A stretch of 64,000 nucleotides of DNA from a virus (taxonomy: Duplodnaviria; Caudoviricetes): the IMG/VR virus record IMGVR_UViG_3300037484_000435, positions 352,001 to 416,000 of that record. One strand, 5' to 3'. The position numbers and the translations under genes were made by a program. Shown here piece after piece: positions 46,969 to 55,892 of the stretch. Position 1 is the stretch's first letter. Every line of letters starts with the position of its first letter. The notes under the pieces are model-generated. The model worked only from the letters and a program-made list of their open reading frames with translations. It was not told the DNA's origin and ran no database searches.

Positions 46969-47502
46969 TTAAGAATCTGAGACTTTAATGTCAATTTGTC
47001 TGGTGGGGTTTTCAACTGCGGGGGTATCCTCTTCAAAGAGGCCTTTCAGCCGAACAATGAGGATACCGTTTTTCAGATCAGCGTCGATGTCATCATTACC
47101 TCCAGTACGTTTTTGCCATGCAGCATACAATTTTGAATCAATTGGGAAGGAACGTCTGAAGTTAGACCTAAAAAGCTCTTTTCTATAGTAGCAACGATCC
47201 TCAACCTCTCGCTCGGTATCGGCACTTCCTGAAATGGTGAGCATACCGTTTTGGAGTTCAACCTTCAAGTTCTCTGGCTTAACATTAGAAATAGCAGCTT
47301 CAACGACAAGGTCTGCCTTATCTTTATAAGCATCTACTCTTGGGTAAGCCCTAGATTTTACTGAGTCGAACTTTAGTGGTTTTAAATCTGAGAAGAACTC
47401 AGTCATCAGTGAGTCAAATAAAGACTCGATCGGGGTGAAAAATTCATCCTTGATCATTGGAAAATTTTGGAACGTTTTTGGAATCATAAGATTTCCAGCC
47501 AT
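46969..47502 (-). CDS. Small heat-shock protein (Hsp20/alpha-crystallin)
   Basis: YPRVDAY, LVVEAAI..VKPENLKVEL..GMLTISG, EL.RSNFRRSF, ADLKNGILIVRL; GGAGG SD before the ATG at 47502. Confidence 0.9.
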   Translation of the reverse strand: MAGNLMIPKTFQNFPMIKDEFFTPIESLFDSLMTEFFSDLKPLKFDSVKSRAYPRVDAYKDKADLVVEAAISNVKPENLKVELQNGMLTISGSADTEREVEDRCYYRKELFRSNFRRSFPIDSKLYAAWQKRTGGNDDIDADLKNGILIVRLKGLFEEDTPAVENPTRQIDIKVSDS

Positions 47503-47561
47503 GGTACACCTCCGTGTTACCTTGAGTATTTGGTGCACATTTAAGCGTCACCGTGTTTTTA

Positions 47562-47589
47562 TTAGACACCCATCCTTATACTGGGTTCC
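47562..47589 (-). promoter_or_regulatory. ECF-sigma-type promoter for Hsp20
   Basis: GGAACCC-N16-TCTAA on the minus strand, preceded by AAAAACTTTTTT. Confidence 0.65.
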
Positions 47590-47608
47590 AAAAAAGTTTT
47601 TATAGGCG

Positions 47609-47636
47609 GGAACAATAAAATCTACCCGTTGTCTAA
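47609..47636 (+). promoter_or_regulatory. ECF-sigma-type promoter, divergent partner
   Basis: GGAACAA-N16-TCTAA upstream of the ATG at 47663. Confidence 0.65.
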
Positions 47637-47662
47637 CAATACAAATAAAAAGGAGATGCAGT

Positions 47663-47881
47663 ATGCGTTGTCCCGGACAAGACACCCGCTTTTGGCAACC
47701 TGGGGATATTTATGAAGTTTCATGTCCTCAGTGTGGAACGAAAATGGAATTTTTTAAAGACGACACTAGACGCACGTGTAAATCATGTGGACAAATTATT
47801 AGGAATCCGAAATTAGATGTAGGGTGTGCAGAGCATTGCCCTTTCGCTTCCGACTGCCTAGGAGTTTTACCAAAGGAATAG
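47663..47881 (+). CDS. Cys-rich zinc-ribbon protein (CPGQD...CPxCG...EFFKDD...CxxC...GCxxxC)
   Basis: Motif I associate with small proteins and HD-domain N-termini of Desulfobacterota; AGGAG SD. Confidence 0.6.
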   Translation: MRCPGQDTRFWQPGDIYEVSCPQCGTKMEFFKDDTRRTCKSCGQIIRNPKLDVGCAEHCPFASDCLGVLPKE

Positions 47882-47885
47882 CTCG

Positions 47886-48248
47886 ATGTTACGCTCAAAA
47901 TTGTTTACACTACTTGTGTTGCTGATTTGTGCTCCATTACTAATAGGTTGGACTTCTTTAGGTGTAGTAGAGCCATCTATGAGAGAGTTGGGCTTCAAAT
48001 TAAAGAAAAAAGAACAGATTAAGATTCCTTATACAGATCGAACCGAGACCAGATATACCTTTACACACAGGATACATCGTCTCGTAATAATAGATGAATA
48101 CCATAACGGTTTTATAGAAATTAGGGCTAATTATAAGGCAGGTAGTAAGGACCCTAACCAATGGAACCTCACTGTGAGACGGACAGTAGAACCTGATGCA
48201 TTTAGAGACACAATTTATCGTATATTTGTCTTAGGAGACACTAGGTGA
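47886..48248 (+). CDS. Hypothetical exported protein
   Basis: N-terminal signal-like hydrophobic segment. Confidence 0.55.
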   Translation: MLRSKLFTLLVLLICAPLLIGWTSLGVVEPSMRELGFKLKKKEQIKIPYTDRTETRYTFTHRIHRLVIIDEYHNGFIEIRANYKAGSKDPNQWNLTVRRTVEPDAFRDTIYRIFVLGDTR

Positions 48249-48517
48249 ACTTAAAAATAATAGTAATTTCATGTATTATATTGGTGATTGGTTCAATATG
48301 TTATGGAGCTATAAATCCGAACCCATTAGTAATAAGTAAATATGAACCAGACGTTGTGATTTTTGACCTTGATTACGATCTGCCAGATTTATCCCTAAAT
48401 TACATTACACCCGCTGATAAAACAACATCTATACTTGATTTGTTGTTTTGGGTGGGTTTATTTGGTATGTATATGATAGTTATTCTAGATATGACGTTTA
48501 GAGGAGACATAAGATGA
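48245..48517 (+). CDS. Small membrane protein
   Basis: Two hydrophobic segments. Confidence 0.55.
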   Translation: MNLKIIVISCIILVIGSICYGAINPNPLVISKYEPDVVIFDLDYDLPDLSLNYITPADKTTSILDLLFWVGLFGMYMIVILDMTFRGDIR

Positions 48518-48699
48518 CAAAATGCCCGTTATGCAAAGAAAGTAAATATATTAGATATACCCCTCTCCGTATGAAAGGGAAAGTGTTAACTTATATTGGG
48601 TGTACTAAATGTTGCTACTGTAAATTAATCAAAGAAGAAATGGACCCTACTAAGATAGAGGACTTAAAAGAAAGGAACAAGGGACAAATCTATGCTTAA
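48514..48699 (+). CDS. Small zinc-ribbon protein
   Basis: CPLC...CTKCCYC. Confidence 0.55.
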   Translation: MTKCPLCKESKYIRYTPLRMKGKVLTYIGCTKCCYCKLIKEEMDPTKIEDLKERNKGQIYA

Positions 48700-48928
48700 A
48701 GATAATGCTAAAAAATTAATCAAAACCTTAGATGACGTAGGACGCGGCGAGAAAAGATTACTTTTAGCTGCGTTAATGACACATACTTTATCAAGAACAA
48801 ATCCGATTTCAGACACAGATACGTATTTATACCGCCTGTGTAATTGTTTTGAAATACTGAGTAATACTGATTACCTAGAAAAACAATTTAAACGCAGTAA
48901 AAACTTTTCAAATAGTGAGGATGAATAG
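48692..48928 (+). CDS. Hypothetical protein
   Basis: ORF track. Confidence 0.5.
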   Translation: MLKDNAKKLIKTLDDVGRGEKRLLLAALMTHTLSRTNPISDTDTYLYRLCNCFEILSNTDYLEKQFKRSKNFSNSEDE

Positions 48929-49179
48929 TGTCTTGGGATGATTACAAAATACAAGATTTTAGAGTGGCACTCAAAAAATTCTACAAGGACCAAATAAGTT
49001 TAGATTATGATTCTCTAGCCAGCATAGCGACAGAAATCATAACCGATGATTTAGTAGAGGATTTAAAACAATTCGAATTTAATGATTCTATCTTGGCCGC
49101 TTTCGCAAACGGATTAGTGATAGGGCTGTTAGTTGCCGAAACCAAATACAAACCGAAAGACCCACTAATCAAACACTAG
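48928..49179 (+). CDS. Hypothetical protein
   Basis: ORF track. Confidence 0.5.
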   Translation: MSWDDYKIQDFRVALKKFYKDQISLDYDSLASIATEIITDDLVEDLKQFEFNDSILAAFANGLVIGLLVAETKYKPKDPLIKH

Positions 49180-49188
49180 GAACACGAC

Positions 49189-49485
49189 ATGACTGAAGAA
49201 GAGATAATGATGAAGGCTAAGGACCGTGTCGGGGTAACACCACAATTACTAAAGTTAGCGGAAGAAGCTAATGAGTTGGGGGCCTCAATATTACGTTTTA
49301 CAAATCGGGCCCCGTGGTCTCGTCCCGAAGAAACTCTCTTTATGGAGATGCTCGAAGAACTTATGGATGTGGATTTGATGGTAAAACAAGTCAAACTTTA
49401 TTTAGACGACGAAGTTTTAGGTTTAATTAGAAGAAAAAAACTTGATTGCTACGAAAACAGGGTGATAAGTTTGGAAAAACCGTAG
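49189..49485 (+). CDS. MazG-like nucleotide pyrophosphohydrolase domain protein
   Basis: KLAEEANEL...EELMDV all-alpha NTP-PPase pattern. Confidence 0.65.
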   Translation: MTEEEIMMKAKDRVGVTPQLLKLAEEANELGASILRFTNRAPWSRPEETLFMEMLEELMDVDLMVKQVKLYLDDEVLGLIRRKKLDCYENRVISLEKP

Positions 49486-49486
49486 T

Positions 49487-49801
49487 ATGAATAAATTACT
49501 AATAATAATAACAATACTAAGTCTGCTTTTTTCGTTTACTCTGCTAGTAAAAGAATACCAAACAGTAGAACGCTGGCAAGAAAAGGGTTTGAAACTTTAC
49601 AACAAAAAATTGCAGGACTTCAATAGTTGGAAGACATGTGTCGACCCAGGCAAGCCAGAGAAGTGGTTAACCGCTAACCCTGTATTTATTTCCCTAAAAA
49701 CTTGGGTAGAGATGCTAAGCAATTTGGCCTCCCTAATTATAGCCATTTCTAGCCTAGGAGTTTATACACGACTAAAAAGACAAAAGGCAGAAAAGACATG
49801 A
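49487..49801 (+). CDS. Membrane protein
   Basis: N- and C-terminal hydrophobic helices. Confidence 0.55.
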   Translation: MNKLLIIITILSLLFSFTLLVKEYQTVERWQEKGLKLYNKKLQDFNSWKTCVDPGKPEKWLTANPVFISLKTWVEMLSNLASLIIAISSLGVYTRLKRQKAEKT

Positions 49802-50673
49802 TCGAAATAATACGAGAAACAATACAAAACGAAAAACAAATACAATATGTTATAACTAGTCTAAACGGGGAAACTTGTTACCAAGAAAATTTTACAGTAG
49901 AAAGGTTTACACAAAAAGCTACTGTTCCTGGTAACCTCTATGACCGCGGCGTAACTGGGTGTGTAAAAAAAATTAATGAACAGTTTGATCGTGAATTAAA
50001 TTGGCTTATAATCAAGAAGTTAACTGAGTTACCTACTGCAGCTCGAATAATGGTGGATATACCACTGGATGAATTTGACACCCACTCGATAGTGTCATTA
50101 CTGTTAAAATACTACCCTAGTGGCAGACGAGAGTCGTTAAGGATAATTTGTTCACCAAGTAATTTTCGGGTGTTAGAAAAGGCGGTAATGAGTGATACCT
50201 CTATGTACGGTTCTTTCGCGTTTTCTAAAACTGTGTTGGAAGTCAAAGTAGAGGTAGAAGATATACCAGAAAACGAGATCTGGATTATTGATTTAGAGTC
50301 TTGGCGTGCACCCATATCTGTACCCTCTAATAGTGTAAATTACGAACCCCGAAGTAAATCTTATATTTACACTAGGAGTTATCGGATGGGTAGGCCAATT
50401 TGTGTGGGTGAGAAATTGATTCGAGTGAGACTACAGACTGAGGACCCTATGGAAAGAACGATGCAAGAATTATTGGACAAAATGCGTCTTCCACTAAGAA
50501 AGACAGACAAACCCCCTATTCCTTTGGGCAAATCTGTGTGGTTGACAGGAAACCCCGACGAAGGTATTCGGGTAACTAACAATGTCCCTACAGTAACGGT
50601 TAGCCTCAAAGAAACACCACAAATGTTTAACCCTAGTATGCCAGTTGACTTGAAAACCAAGAAGAAGAAATAA
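49798..50673 (+). CDS. Hypothetical protein
   Basis: 291-aa ORF; no motif recognised. Confidence 0.6.
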   Translation: MIEIIRETIQNEKQIQYVITSLNGETCYQENFTVERFTQKATVPGNLYDRGVTGCVKKINEQFDRELNWLIIKKLTELPTAARIMVDIPLDEFDTHSIVSLLLKYYPSGRRESLRIICSPSNFRVLEKAVMSDTSMYGSFAFSKTVLEVKVEVEDIPENEIWIIDLESWRAPISVPSNSVNYEPRSKSYIYTRSYRMGRPICVGEKLIRVRLQTEDPMERTMQELLDKMRLPLRKTDKPPIPLGKSVWLTGNPDEGIRVTNNVPTVTVSLKETPQMFNPSMPVDLKTKKKK

Positions 50674-50913
50674 ATGTGTTGGGTTTATTTGTTAGAGTGT
50701 TCCGACAAAACCTATTACTGTGGAGCCACCAAAAATATTGTAAGGCGAATCGATCTACACAACACAGGTAAAGGGGCAAAATACACTAAAAGTAGACGCC
50801 CAGTAAAACTTGTGTGGTCTAAAGAGTGTGGCTCTTACCGCGATGCTCTAAAAGAGGAGTGGAGGATTAAGCACTTGAAAAGAAAGGAAAAAGAGGCTCT
50901 CATAAATAATTAA
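50674..50913 (+). CDS. GIY-YIG nuclease (UPF0213/YhbQ-like)
   Basis: WVYLLECSD.TYYCGAT.N..RR...HN.GKGAKYT..RRPV.LV...A.KEE..IK. Confidence 0.9.
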   Translation: MCWVYLLECSDKTYYCGATKNIVRRIDLHNTGKGAKYTKSRRPVKLVWSKECGSYRDALKEEWRIKHLKRKEKEALINN

Positions 50914-50962
50914 CGTACTTCCTACTGGGGAATTAATGAAACCTTAGGATGGATTACAACAC

Positions 50963-52513
50963 ATGGATATAGATTTTAGAGACCCTGTGGAACGATTTTC
51001 CTTCATCTCCCTGCTTACCGGCCAAGTTATATATGACTATAATGTTACCACAGGAAAAATTGAGTGGTATGGGGCGGTAGAACAGGTCACAGGTTATAGT
51101 TTAAAAGCATTTAATGCTAAAGTAGATATACATAACTGGGCACAACTATTACACCTCGAAGATCGTGATAAAGCTCTGAGGTTATTGTTGGAAGCTTCAA
51201 CAAACAAAACTCAATACAATACTACTTATAGATTACGTAGAAAAGACAGTACCTATACCTACATAGAAGATGTAGGGTCATTCTTTTACGGGCCCGATGA
51301 CACTCCAGTCAGAATGTTAGGGGTTATGAAAGATATTACGGATGCAAGAAAAACACAACGTATGCTGATCCGAACTGAGAGACTTAAATCTATTGCTGAG
51401 CTTTCTGCTGGAGTATCTCATAATTTCAATAATGTGTTACAAGCGATTTTGGGGTGCACCCAAGTAGCAATGCTGGAACTTGAAAAAAATAATATACCCG
51501 GCACTATGGACTTACTCAAAAAAATTCTGGATAATTGCAACACAGGGGCCCGCACAGTAAGTAGACTGCAATCTTTTTCTTGTGCTAAAGAAGATTCCCC
51601 CGCACCTTGCGATGAGACTATAGATGTGTCCCAAGTTATAAAAAAATGTATTGATATGAGTGAACCTCGTTGGAAAACTATGCCAGAAAAGAGGGGCATA
51701 TTTATCGAAGTAAAAACATCTTTAGAAAAAAATCTGACCGTTAAGATGAAAGAGAGTGATTTAGTTGAGGTAATAATGAACTTAACTAATAATGCAGTTG
51801 ACGCAATGCCCTTTGGTGGAACACTTGCTTTCCGCACATTTCTAGACACTGAATTTAATTCTGTGGCTATCGAAGTAGTTGATACAGGAACAGGAATAGC
51901 AGATGTCAATAAGTCTTATATCTTTGAACCTTTTTGGACAACCAAAGGAAAAGAAGGTACAGGGTTAGGGCTAGCCTCTAGTTTTGGTATTATTTCATCT
52001 TATCAGGGGTCTATCAATTTAGAGAGCTCAGAAGGTAAAGGAACTAGTTTTAAAATTCTACTACCACAGGCCTCGGAGGGCCCAGAGGGCCAACCTTATT
52101 TAGACACAGTTGTCATGAATAAGGTGCTTAAGATATTAGTTATTGATGACCAAGAAACGATAGCAGAACTTTATGCTAAAGGGTTGGAGATGTTAGGGCA
52201 CGAGACCTATTCAGCCACCTCAGGCATTGAGGGTCTACCAATCTTTTATAGTAAACAACCAGACGTAATAATTTGTGACCTGACAATGCCAGAAATGAAT
52301 GGTTGGCAAATTGGTAACGTAATACAAGAGTATGTGGCTAGTTATCACATTAAAAAACCATTATTTATTATGTTGACTGGGTGGGGTATCTCAGATGAAC
52401 TAGAAGAGATAGAAAAGTCTGGGGTGGATATAATCCTACAAAAACCTACTGACTTAAAAACACTAGTGTCTGAAATTAGCAAGGCACTTAAGTTACAAAA
52501 GGAAATAAAATGA
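50963..52513 (+). CDS. Hybrid sensor histidine kinase PAS-HisKA-HATPase-REC
   Basis: PAS_3 (LHLEDR, YRLRRKD), H-box GVSHNFNN, N-box NNAVDAM, DTGTGI, FEPFWTTK, GTGLGL; receiver IDD...CDLTMP...TG...KP. Confidence 0.95.
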   Translation: MDIDFRDPVERFSFISLLTGQVIYDYNVTTGKIEWYGAVEQVTGYSLKAFNAKVDIHNWAQLLHLEDRDKALRLLLEASTNKTQYNTTYRLRRKDSTYTYIEDVGSFFYGPDDTPVRMLGVMKDITDARKTQRMLIRTERLKSIAELSAGVSHNFNNVLQAILGCTQVAMLELEKNNIPGTMDLLKKILDNCNTGARTVSRLQSFSCAKEDSPAPCDETIDVSQVIKKCIDMSEPRWKTMPEKRGIFIEVKTSLEKNLTVKMKESDLVEVIMNLTNNAVDAMPFGGTLAFRTFLDTEFNSVAIEVVDTGTGIADVNKSYIFEPFWTTKGKEGTGLGLASSFGIISSYQGSINLESSEGKGTSFKILLPQASEGPEGQPYLDTVVMNKVLKILVIDDQETIAELYAKGLEMLGHETYSATSGIEGLPIFYSKQPDVIICDLTMPEMNGWQIGNVIQEYVASYHIKKPLFIMLTGWGISDELEEIEKSGVDIILQKPTDLKTLVSEISKALKLQKEIK

Positions 52514-52662
52514 GGAAAACAGTTGTAAAAAAATTGTGGAAATTAGCGGCCTCCTTGGAACAGAAAAGTTCCATGACTAAAACACCCGAGGGTGCTGTTA
52601 GATGGGAAGGATTCGCTAGATTGTATAAAGACATGAAAAAGGCCTATAAGGCAGGGAAATAA
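52510..52662 (+). CDS. 50-aa basic hypothetical protein
   Basis: Hand-translated [19 protein letters not shown]...; fills the gap. Confidence 0.45.
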   Translation: MRKTVVKKLWKLAASLEQKSSMTKTPEGAVRWEGFARLYKDMKKAYKAGK

Positions 52663-52664
52663 GC

Positions 52665-53267
52665 ATGAAACAAACATTAGTCCCGATTGTCATTGAGAAA
52701 ACTAGCAAGGGCGAGAGATCGTATGATATATATTCTAGACTCCTGAAAGAGCGTATCATCTTTTTGGGCACAGGTATAGATGATGATGTGGCCAATCTGA
52801 TAGTTGCTCAAATGTTATTTTTGGAAAGTGAGTCACCTGATAAAGATATTTATCTATATATTAATTCCCCGGGCGGGCATGTTACTTCGGGGATGTCTAT
52901 CTACGATACCATGCAATACATAACACCAGACATACAAACCATCTGTATGGGTCAAGCTGCCTCCATGGGATCGTTACTATTGGCCGCAGGTACCGCAGGA
53001 AAACGATTTGCTCTTCCTAACGCCCGTATAATGATACACCAAGTTATGGGGGGCACCAGTGGCCAGGCAACAGATATAGAAATACACGCAAAAGAAATCC
53101 TGAGAGTTAAAGACCAACTAACAAATATTTTATCACAGCACACTGGTAAGCCGTTTGACCAAGTTAAACAAGATTCGGAACGTGATAATTTTATGTCACC
53201 CCAAGAAGCTTTGGATTACGGACTTATCGACCAGATAATTACCAAGAGGAGTCTTCCTAAAGCATGA
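52665..53267 (+). CDS. clpP: ATP-dependent Clp protease proteolytic subunit
   Basis: [41 protein letters not shown]: intact Ser-His-Asp triad. Confidence 0.97.
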   Translation: MKQTLVPIVIEKTSKGERSYDIYSRLLKERIIFLGTGIDDDVANLIVAQMLFLESESPDKDIYLYINSPGGHVTSGMSIYDTMQYITPDIQTICMGQAASMGSLLLAAGTAGKRFALPNARIMIHQVMGGTSGQATDIEIHAKEILRVKDQLTNILSQHTGKPFDQVKQDSERDNFMSPQEALDYGLIDQIITKRSLPKA

Positions 53268-53494
53268 ACATAGCACAACTGAGAAAAGAACTAGACCATT
53301 ATCCCGCGGACTACGTTACTGTGATAAGCCGTAACGCAGATGGAACTTATGCCATCATCGCGATAGAGCCATCAAAATATGAGCAGGAAATGCAAGCTAG
53401 GACTATTACTCATGTAGTGCCTGATCGAAGGTCAGAAAGTAACCAAGATTTACCTAAGCGGGGCGAAATTGGAAGAAAAACCGGTGTACGTTAG
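53264..53494 (+). CDS. Hypothetical protein
   Basis: ORF track. Confidence 0.5.
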   Translation: MNIAQLRKELDHYPADYVTVISRNADGTYAIIAIEPSKYEQEMQARTITHVVPDRRSESNQDLPKRGEIGRKTGVR

Positions 53495-54044
53495 ACAACT
53501 TATTGAAAAATACCACAAATTTGGTATAATAAAGCGTAAGGGCCCAGATTATCCTGATGGTTTTAAATTGAAATCTGGTAAGATTAGTGATATTTATATT
53601 AACATAAGAGATTTAATACGTATTCCTTCTTTGTTCAACTTTACTATGCACGTAATGCATCAACTTATTACTGACAAATATGATAACACTGTGAAGAATC
53701 CATGTGTGTTAGGGATACCCACTATGGGGGCTGTTATCGCCCCTATAATGGCTTATAAAAAGGGGTGCAGATTAGTAGTAATAAGGCAAAATAAAAGAGA
53801 CCATGGCATTGGAAAAGAACTCGAAGGCGACTTGACCCCACACATAATCATGATTGATGATGTAATAACCTCTGGGTCATCTAGAGATGAGACAATAGAG
53901 CGGTATATCAAACCAGTGTTTGGGAAAGATTACCAATTAGATACCTTTGTTATAGTAGATAGAAGGGGAAGGAAAAAGAAAGCGGAGCGGGTATACGCTT
54001 TGGCAACGTTGGATGAAATCAGAAAATTTGACCCCCAGCACTAG
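53469..54044 (+). CDS. pyrE: Orotate phosphoribosyltransferase-like
   Basis: FKLKSGKISDIYIN, RQNKRDHG, PRPP motif IDDVITSGSS. Confidence 0.8.
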   Translation: MEEKPVYVRQLIEKYHKFGIIKRKGPDYPDGFKLKSGKISDIYINIRDLIRIPSLFNFTMHVMHQLITDKYDNTVKNPCVLGIPTMGAVIAPIMAYKKGCRLVVIRQNKRDHGIGKELEGDLTPHIIMIDDVITSGSSRDETIERYIKPVFGKDYQLDTFVIVDRRGRKKKAERVYALATLDEIRKFDPQH

Positions 54045-54080
54045 AGAGGAAATAAAATAAAATAGTTGTGGTGATATATC

Positions 54081-54335
54081 ATGAGTTTAATGGATGATTT
54101 AGAATTAGAGAAGGATATGCTTGAATTGGCTCTCTACAGAAAAAACGAATTAAAGTCTATATTAAGACCCCTCATAAGGCAATATGATGCGGTAAAAAAA
54201 GAAATAGAGGCCCGAAAGAAAAGGGCGGAAAGGTTAATACAGGAGAATCAGGATCGAAAGCTTGCACGGACTTATGGTGAATTTTTAGAGACTGTGAAGA
54301 TTGAAGACTACGATTTGGATTTTCCCAAGGAGTAA
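54081..54335 (+). CDS. Hypothetical coiled-coil protein
   Basis: ORF track. Confidence 0.55.
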   Translation: MSLMDDLELEKDMLELALYRKNELKSILRPLIRQYDAVKKEIEARKKRAERLIQENQDRKLARTYGEFLETVKIEDYDLDFPKE

Positions 54336-54336
54336 G

Positions 54337-54693
54337 ATGAAAATAACTAAATTTTCAACCATAATGGTATTAATATTATTGGTTGGTTTATTGTTATTGG
54401 GTGGGTGTACAGACTCCCCGAAAGCACCAGTAATGATGTCAGTAGAGGGGTTTGTTCGGGCAGTTGAAATTTCACGGATAACAAATTGGACAGGAGTACA
54501 TCCCCTAACAGCTATTTGGTTTGAGGATGGTCGAGTTAAATATTTTGTAAAAAGTTACCCAGACATGGTGAAACAGGGTTATAATAATAAGATTAATTAT
54601 AAAAGGGTCTATCTAGCTAATGGGGAATTTTATGATATGATAAAAGGCCCAGTAGAATTTCCAGAACCGAAAGAACCCAAACCTGAGAATTAA
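54337..54693 (+). CDS. Putative lipoprotein
   Basis: Probable start MKITKFS at 54337; lipobox LLLGGC. Confidence 0.65.
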   Translation: MKITKFSTIMVLILLVGLLLLGGCTDSPKAPVMMSVEGFVRAVEISRITNWTGVHPLTAIWFEDGRVKYFVKSYPDMVKQGYNNKINYKRVYLANGEFYDMIKGPVEFPEPKEPKPEN

Positions 54694-54768
54694 CTAACCT
54701 GGCATAAAAAGTAAGAGGATAGCGTTCGTGTTTACATGCCCTATAGAGGGCGGGAGAAGACCAAATAT

Positions 54769-54846
54769 ATGATTGAGTTTTTCTTAGCGTTGAGTGTGTT
54801 TCTCTTAAGTTTCTCCCTTTTCATTAAGATAGTAGTTCACAGATAG
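54769..54846 (+). CDS. 25-aa single-TM peptide MIEFFLALSVFLLSFSLFIKIVVHR (type I toxin-like)
   Basis: Hand-translated; GGGAG SD; flanked by a 12-bp inverted repeat (54715-54726 / 54902-54913) and internal hairpins. Confidence 0.5.
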   Translation: MIEFFLALSVFLLSFSLFIKIVVHR

Positions 54847-54942
54847 TTAAATAATCAACCGGGCTTCGGCCCCCTTCCAATTTTTCAGTTAGATGTTTGA
54901 AAACGCTATCCTCCCTAACCCAAAATAAATTTAGGATTTAAT

Positions 54943-55110
54943 ATGATTGGCAAAATACTGTCTTGCTTTATAGCAATATTTATCATACCGTTTTTTCTGG
55001 TGGCCTGTATATTTGCTGTTACAAGCCGCCCCCTCTCGTATGAACACCCTATTGCACGGATAGTCTTGATGGGCAGTTCTTACATCAACAAGCACTGGAG
55101 ATTAATCTAA
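54943..55110 (+). CDS. 55-aa membrane-anchored protein
   Basis: Hand-translated MIGKILSCFIAIFIIPFFLVACIFAV...; TAATG coupling to the next gene. Confidence 0.5.
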   Translation: MIGKILSCFIAIFIIPFFLVACIFAVTSRPLSYEHPIARIVLMGSSYINKHWRLI

Positions 55111-55394
55111 TGGCTGAATGTAGTGATTGTGATAAGCTGGGGAATTTTAATAAACTCCAGAAGATTACGTGGCATCTCTTGGAAATCACCGAGCTGATAG
55201 GTGAAGAGATACCTATTGTCTTCTTGCCCAGATGGGCCGACCCTGGAAAGGACCCGCTTAAAGGTAAAACATGTTTGATAGTTAGGAATCAGGATTTTAG
55301 ACAAGAACTGGAAAATATATATGGCTACGTCATGGACGGCATGAAGGATTTCGATGAGATAGAAAAACAGAAAAAAGAAGGAGGACTACACTAA
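55110..55394 (+). CDS. Hypothetical protein
   Basis: ORF track. Confidence 0.55.
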   Translation: MAECSDCDKLGNFNKLQKITWHLLEITELIGEEIPIVFLPRWADPGKDPLKGKTCLIVRNQDFRQELENIYGYVMDGMKDFDEIEKQKKEGGLH

Positions 55395-55892
55395 ATGGAC
55401 CCAACGAGACTAATGCAGACAGTTTATCCCGAAGAAACAGGCCTTACAATTAGGCAAGGACAAGTCGAACTAACTTGGGTTAAAGTGCATTCCTACGGGC
55501 AACATTTACTTATAAAAACCTATCTGCAGACAGACGAAGAAGCTGGTGGAAGAGCAGAGAATAGACGAGCAATGTTAGTAATGTTAGAAGGACAATCTTA
55601 TTACCACAATGGAGTGGAAGGTATCTACGAGAATGTGGGGGATTGTGAAAAAGCACCGCGTGAATTTGCTATAAGAACTCTGCTTATCAAAAGTCAATCT
55701 GACTTCCTTGACGCAAGGGGAGACTGGGATTATGAGAAATTAGTAAAAAGGAACATGCATGACAATTTGGATATGGTTATTTCCACCAACGGTAAGGCGA
55801 CCAACCTTAAGTCCTTTAGAAAAGGCCCGCGAGAAGGTAGATGGCTTACTTTTGAGGAGATTTCTACTTTGATGGGGTGTAAAAGTGGATGA
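55395..55892 (+). CDS. Hypothetical protein
   Basis: GGAGG SD. Confidence 0.6.
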   Translation: MDPTRLMQTVYPEETGLTIRQGQVELTWVKVHSYGQHLLIKTYLQTDEEAGGRAENRRAMLVMLEGQSYYHNGVEGIYENVGDCEKAPREFAIRTLLIKSQSDFLDARGDWDYEKLVKRNMHDNLDMVISTNGKATNLKSFRKGPREGRWLTFEEISTLMGCKSG

